Shown piece after piece: positions 62,148 to 64,000 of a stretch of DNA of 64,000 nucleotides. Below the pieces are notes generated by a model. That model worked only from the letters and a program-made list of their open reading frames with translations. It was not told the origin of the DNA and made no database searches. Source of the stretch: a phage. The translations under genes and the position numbers were made by a program. Where the stretch lies: sequence record PZ347775.1. One strand, given 5' to 3'. Each line of letters opens with the position of its first letter. The stretch's first letter is position 1.

Positions 62148-64000
62148 TCAGCCAAACAGGAAGTCTAACGAAGCTTTTTCCTCATAGTCCATACCTGCCG
62201 ATTCACACATACCCGCAAGCGGTTTAACAAACGATTTTTGGAACAAAGTTGAGTAGTCAATCCAAGACAGCACGTCAGAACGAATTTCTTTTGGAAGTTC
62301 CGTACCCGATGGCCAAGCAATGCACTTGTCACCAAATGGATTTCCTTCACGTAATGGAAGAACCATTACCTTATTTCCATCCAAAATTGGAGCTACACCT
62401 AAACCGCTAACAGCTCGACGATAAGTTAGCACACCACGAATATGGAACGGACATTTAAATCCTGGCCAACCTTTATCATCATATTTCGCTATATCGTTCG
62501 CAGTTTTTACTTCAGCAATAACTTTATAGTCAAGTTGACGATATTCTTTCTCAAAGTTCTTGTAGTATTCTTGGACAGACTCTTCGCCTTCCTGAAGAAT
62601 ACGACGAATACTTTCTTCGAGAGCTTCTTGTACTGCTTTTGGTGTTGAGCTCTGCTGAGTTTCCATACCCATGATTTTTAGATGCGGTTCGGCAAATCGC
62701 TTATCTTCCATATCATAAACGTTCAGAGCATAACGTTTTTTCGCTTTCCAAAATCCACCAACGCCCTTTGAACCAAGCGGAGGGCAAGAAATAGCTTCAC
62801 GGTCCATATGCATCAGATGCTCGCGGTTATTCATATAATCACATAACTCACGATATGCAACATCAATCATAGGTTCCATCTTTTTCTTACCAAACTGATT
62901 CATGAATTCAACTAAATCATTTTGTTCTTTAAAGCGATCAAGACCTACTTTTTCAATAACTTTATCTACACAAACATATACCGAATCAGTATCACCTGCT
63001 GCGATGAAATCTTCACCATTAGTTCCACATACTTTATTCAGATATTCATTAATTTTGCGAGCAATCCACTGAATACCAACTTGTCCAAAAATCGTGATAG
63101 CAGTAGCATTTCGCAAATCATAGTAGCGGAAATGAATATTACCAAGAGCACCATAAAGACTGTTGATAAGAATTTTACGGTTCAGCTGATTTGTGTTAGC
63201 AAGTGTAGCTGCTTTTTCACATTCTTCAATCAAACTATTGAGAACAGATTCAGTATAATTCGATAGTTCATTTAAGAAATCATCACTGAACTTAACATAT
63301 CGTTCAACTTCAGGTTTAGTTGAACAGGACCCTGCACCTTTCATAATAATCTTTTTAATAGCTTCGGCATTCATTTCTTCGGCGAACATTTTCTTTTTCC
63401 AATCTTTACGCTGGAAAAATACTTTAGCGATTTCCTTTGGAATGATACCTTCTTGATGCTTATCATACATCCATCCATTCGGAGAACATGAATACTCATC
63501 ACTTGGCTTAGGAGCTGTTCCTGCGATATATTCATGAATTGGATGAACTTTAAACTGTCCACGAATAGTCTCAGGACTAATGTTAACCTGACGAATAATG
63601 CTAGGATACAGAGACGTCAAGTCAAAACTCATAATGTATCGACGAGCAATTGGTTTAGGTTCAAACACAAATGCACCCGGAAAACTCTGTTTAACGTGTG
63701 AACCTTGTTGAGGAATAACCTTATGTTCACTTTTCAACGAGTTAAAAATAATAGCATCCCAAGTTTTAATAGGACTCATTACACCAGAAAAAGGCATTTT
63801 AGCATAATAAGACATACTTAAAACTAGATCGATAAACCCACGAATTTTATCAATTGCTTGAACTGATTCTACGTCAATAATGTTATAACTAATGTATCGT
63901 TGATGATTAGTCTCACGAAGTTTATTAATAGGACCATCGTACGGCAATTTACCTTTTTTGGTTTCATGTTGAGCAACTGATTCCAAAGAGAATGATGGCA
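62148..64000 (-). CDS. 43: DNA polymerase gp43, C-terminal part (5' end beyond window)
   Basis: Family B polymerase motifs DLTSLYPSII (motif A) and AGDTDSVYV (motif C); frame continues to window edge. Confidence 0.95.
   Translation of the reverse strand, partial: PSFSLESVAQHETKKGKLPYDGPINKLRETNHQRYISYNIIDVESVQAIDKIRGFIDLVLSMSYYAKMPFSGVMSPIKTWDAIIFNSLKSEHKVIPQQGSHVKQSFPGAFVFEPKPIARRYIMSFDLTSLYPSIIRQVNISPETIRGQFKVHPIHEYIAGTAPKPSDEYSCSPNGWMYDKHQEGIIPKEIAKVFFQRKDWKKKMFAEEMNAEAIKKIIMKGAGSCSTKPEVERYVKFSDDFLNELSNYTESVLNSLIEECEKAATLANTNQLNRKILINSLYGALGNIHFRYYDLRNATAITIFGQVGIQWIARKINEYLNKVCGTNGEDFIAAGDTDSVYVCVDKVIEKVGLDRFKEQNDLVEFMNQFGKKKMEPMIDVAYRELCDYMNNREHLMHMDREAISCPPLGSKGVGGFWKAKKRYALNVYDMEDKRFAEPHLKIMGMETQQSSTPKAVQEALEESIRRILQEGEESVQEYYKNFEKEYRQLDYKVIAEVKTANDIAKYDDKGWPGFKCPFHIRGVLTYRRAVSGLGVAPILDGNKVMVLPLREGNPFGDKCIAWPSGTELPKEIRSDVLSWIDYSTLFQKSFVKPLAGMCESAGMDYEEKASLDFLFG

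Overview
This 64 kb window is a low-GC, densely packed segment of a T4-like (T-even, Tequatrovirus-type) myovirus genome. Gene calls rest on ORF length, gene order and motifs read directly from the translations, compared with T4 from memory; no searches were run. Minus-strand early/middle genes run from the left edge to about 17.8 kb: cd, pseT, alc, rnlA, denA, nrdB, nrdA, td, frd, 32, 59, 33, dsbA, rnh. A plus-strand late module follows at 17.9-28.0 kb: long tail fiber genes 34-35-36-37-38 and holin t. The remainder is again minus-strand: asiA, arn, motA, 52, ac, stp, ndd, denB, rIIB, rIIA, 39, motB, dexA, dda, srd, modA, modB, soc, 56, 61, sp, dmd, 41, 40, uvsX, a glycosyltransferase, 42, imm and the 3' part of gene 43. 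Dozens of small unnamed ORFs are interspersed, many hydrophobic. Apparent differences from T4 as I recall it are: gene 39 is one uninterrupted ORF containing the gene 60 segment; td and nrdB lack introns; an HNH endonuclease-like gene plus an opposing small membrane ORF sit where I expect dam; a GT-A-type glycosyltransferase sits where I expect beta-gt; an extra ORF lies between frd and td. A family of early-promoter/stem-loop cassettes punctuates the minus-strand array. No CRISPR array, tRNA or rRNA was recognised. Positions of hand-read motifs and sub-60-aa ORFs are approximate (about +/-2 nt), because my reading of the sequence text disagreed with the ORF-track frame by 1 nt at two places; ORF-track coordinates were taken as authoritative for CDS boundaries, and the track appears to count GTG/TTG as starts.
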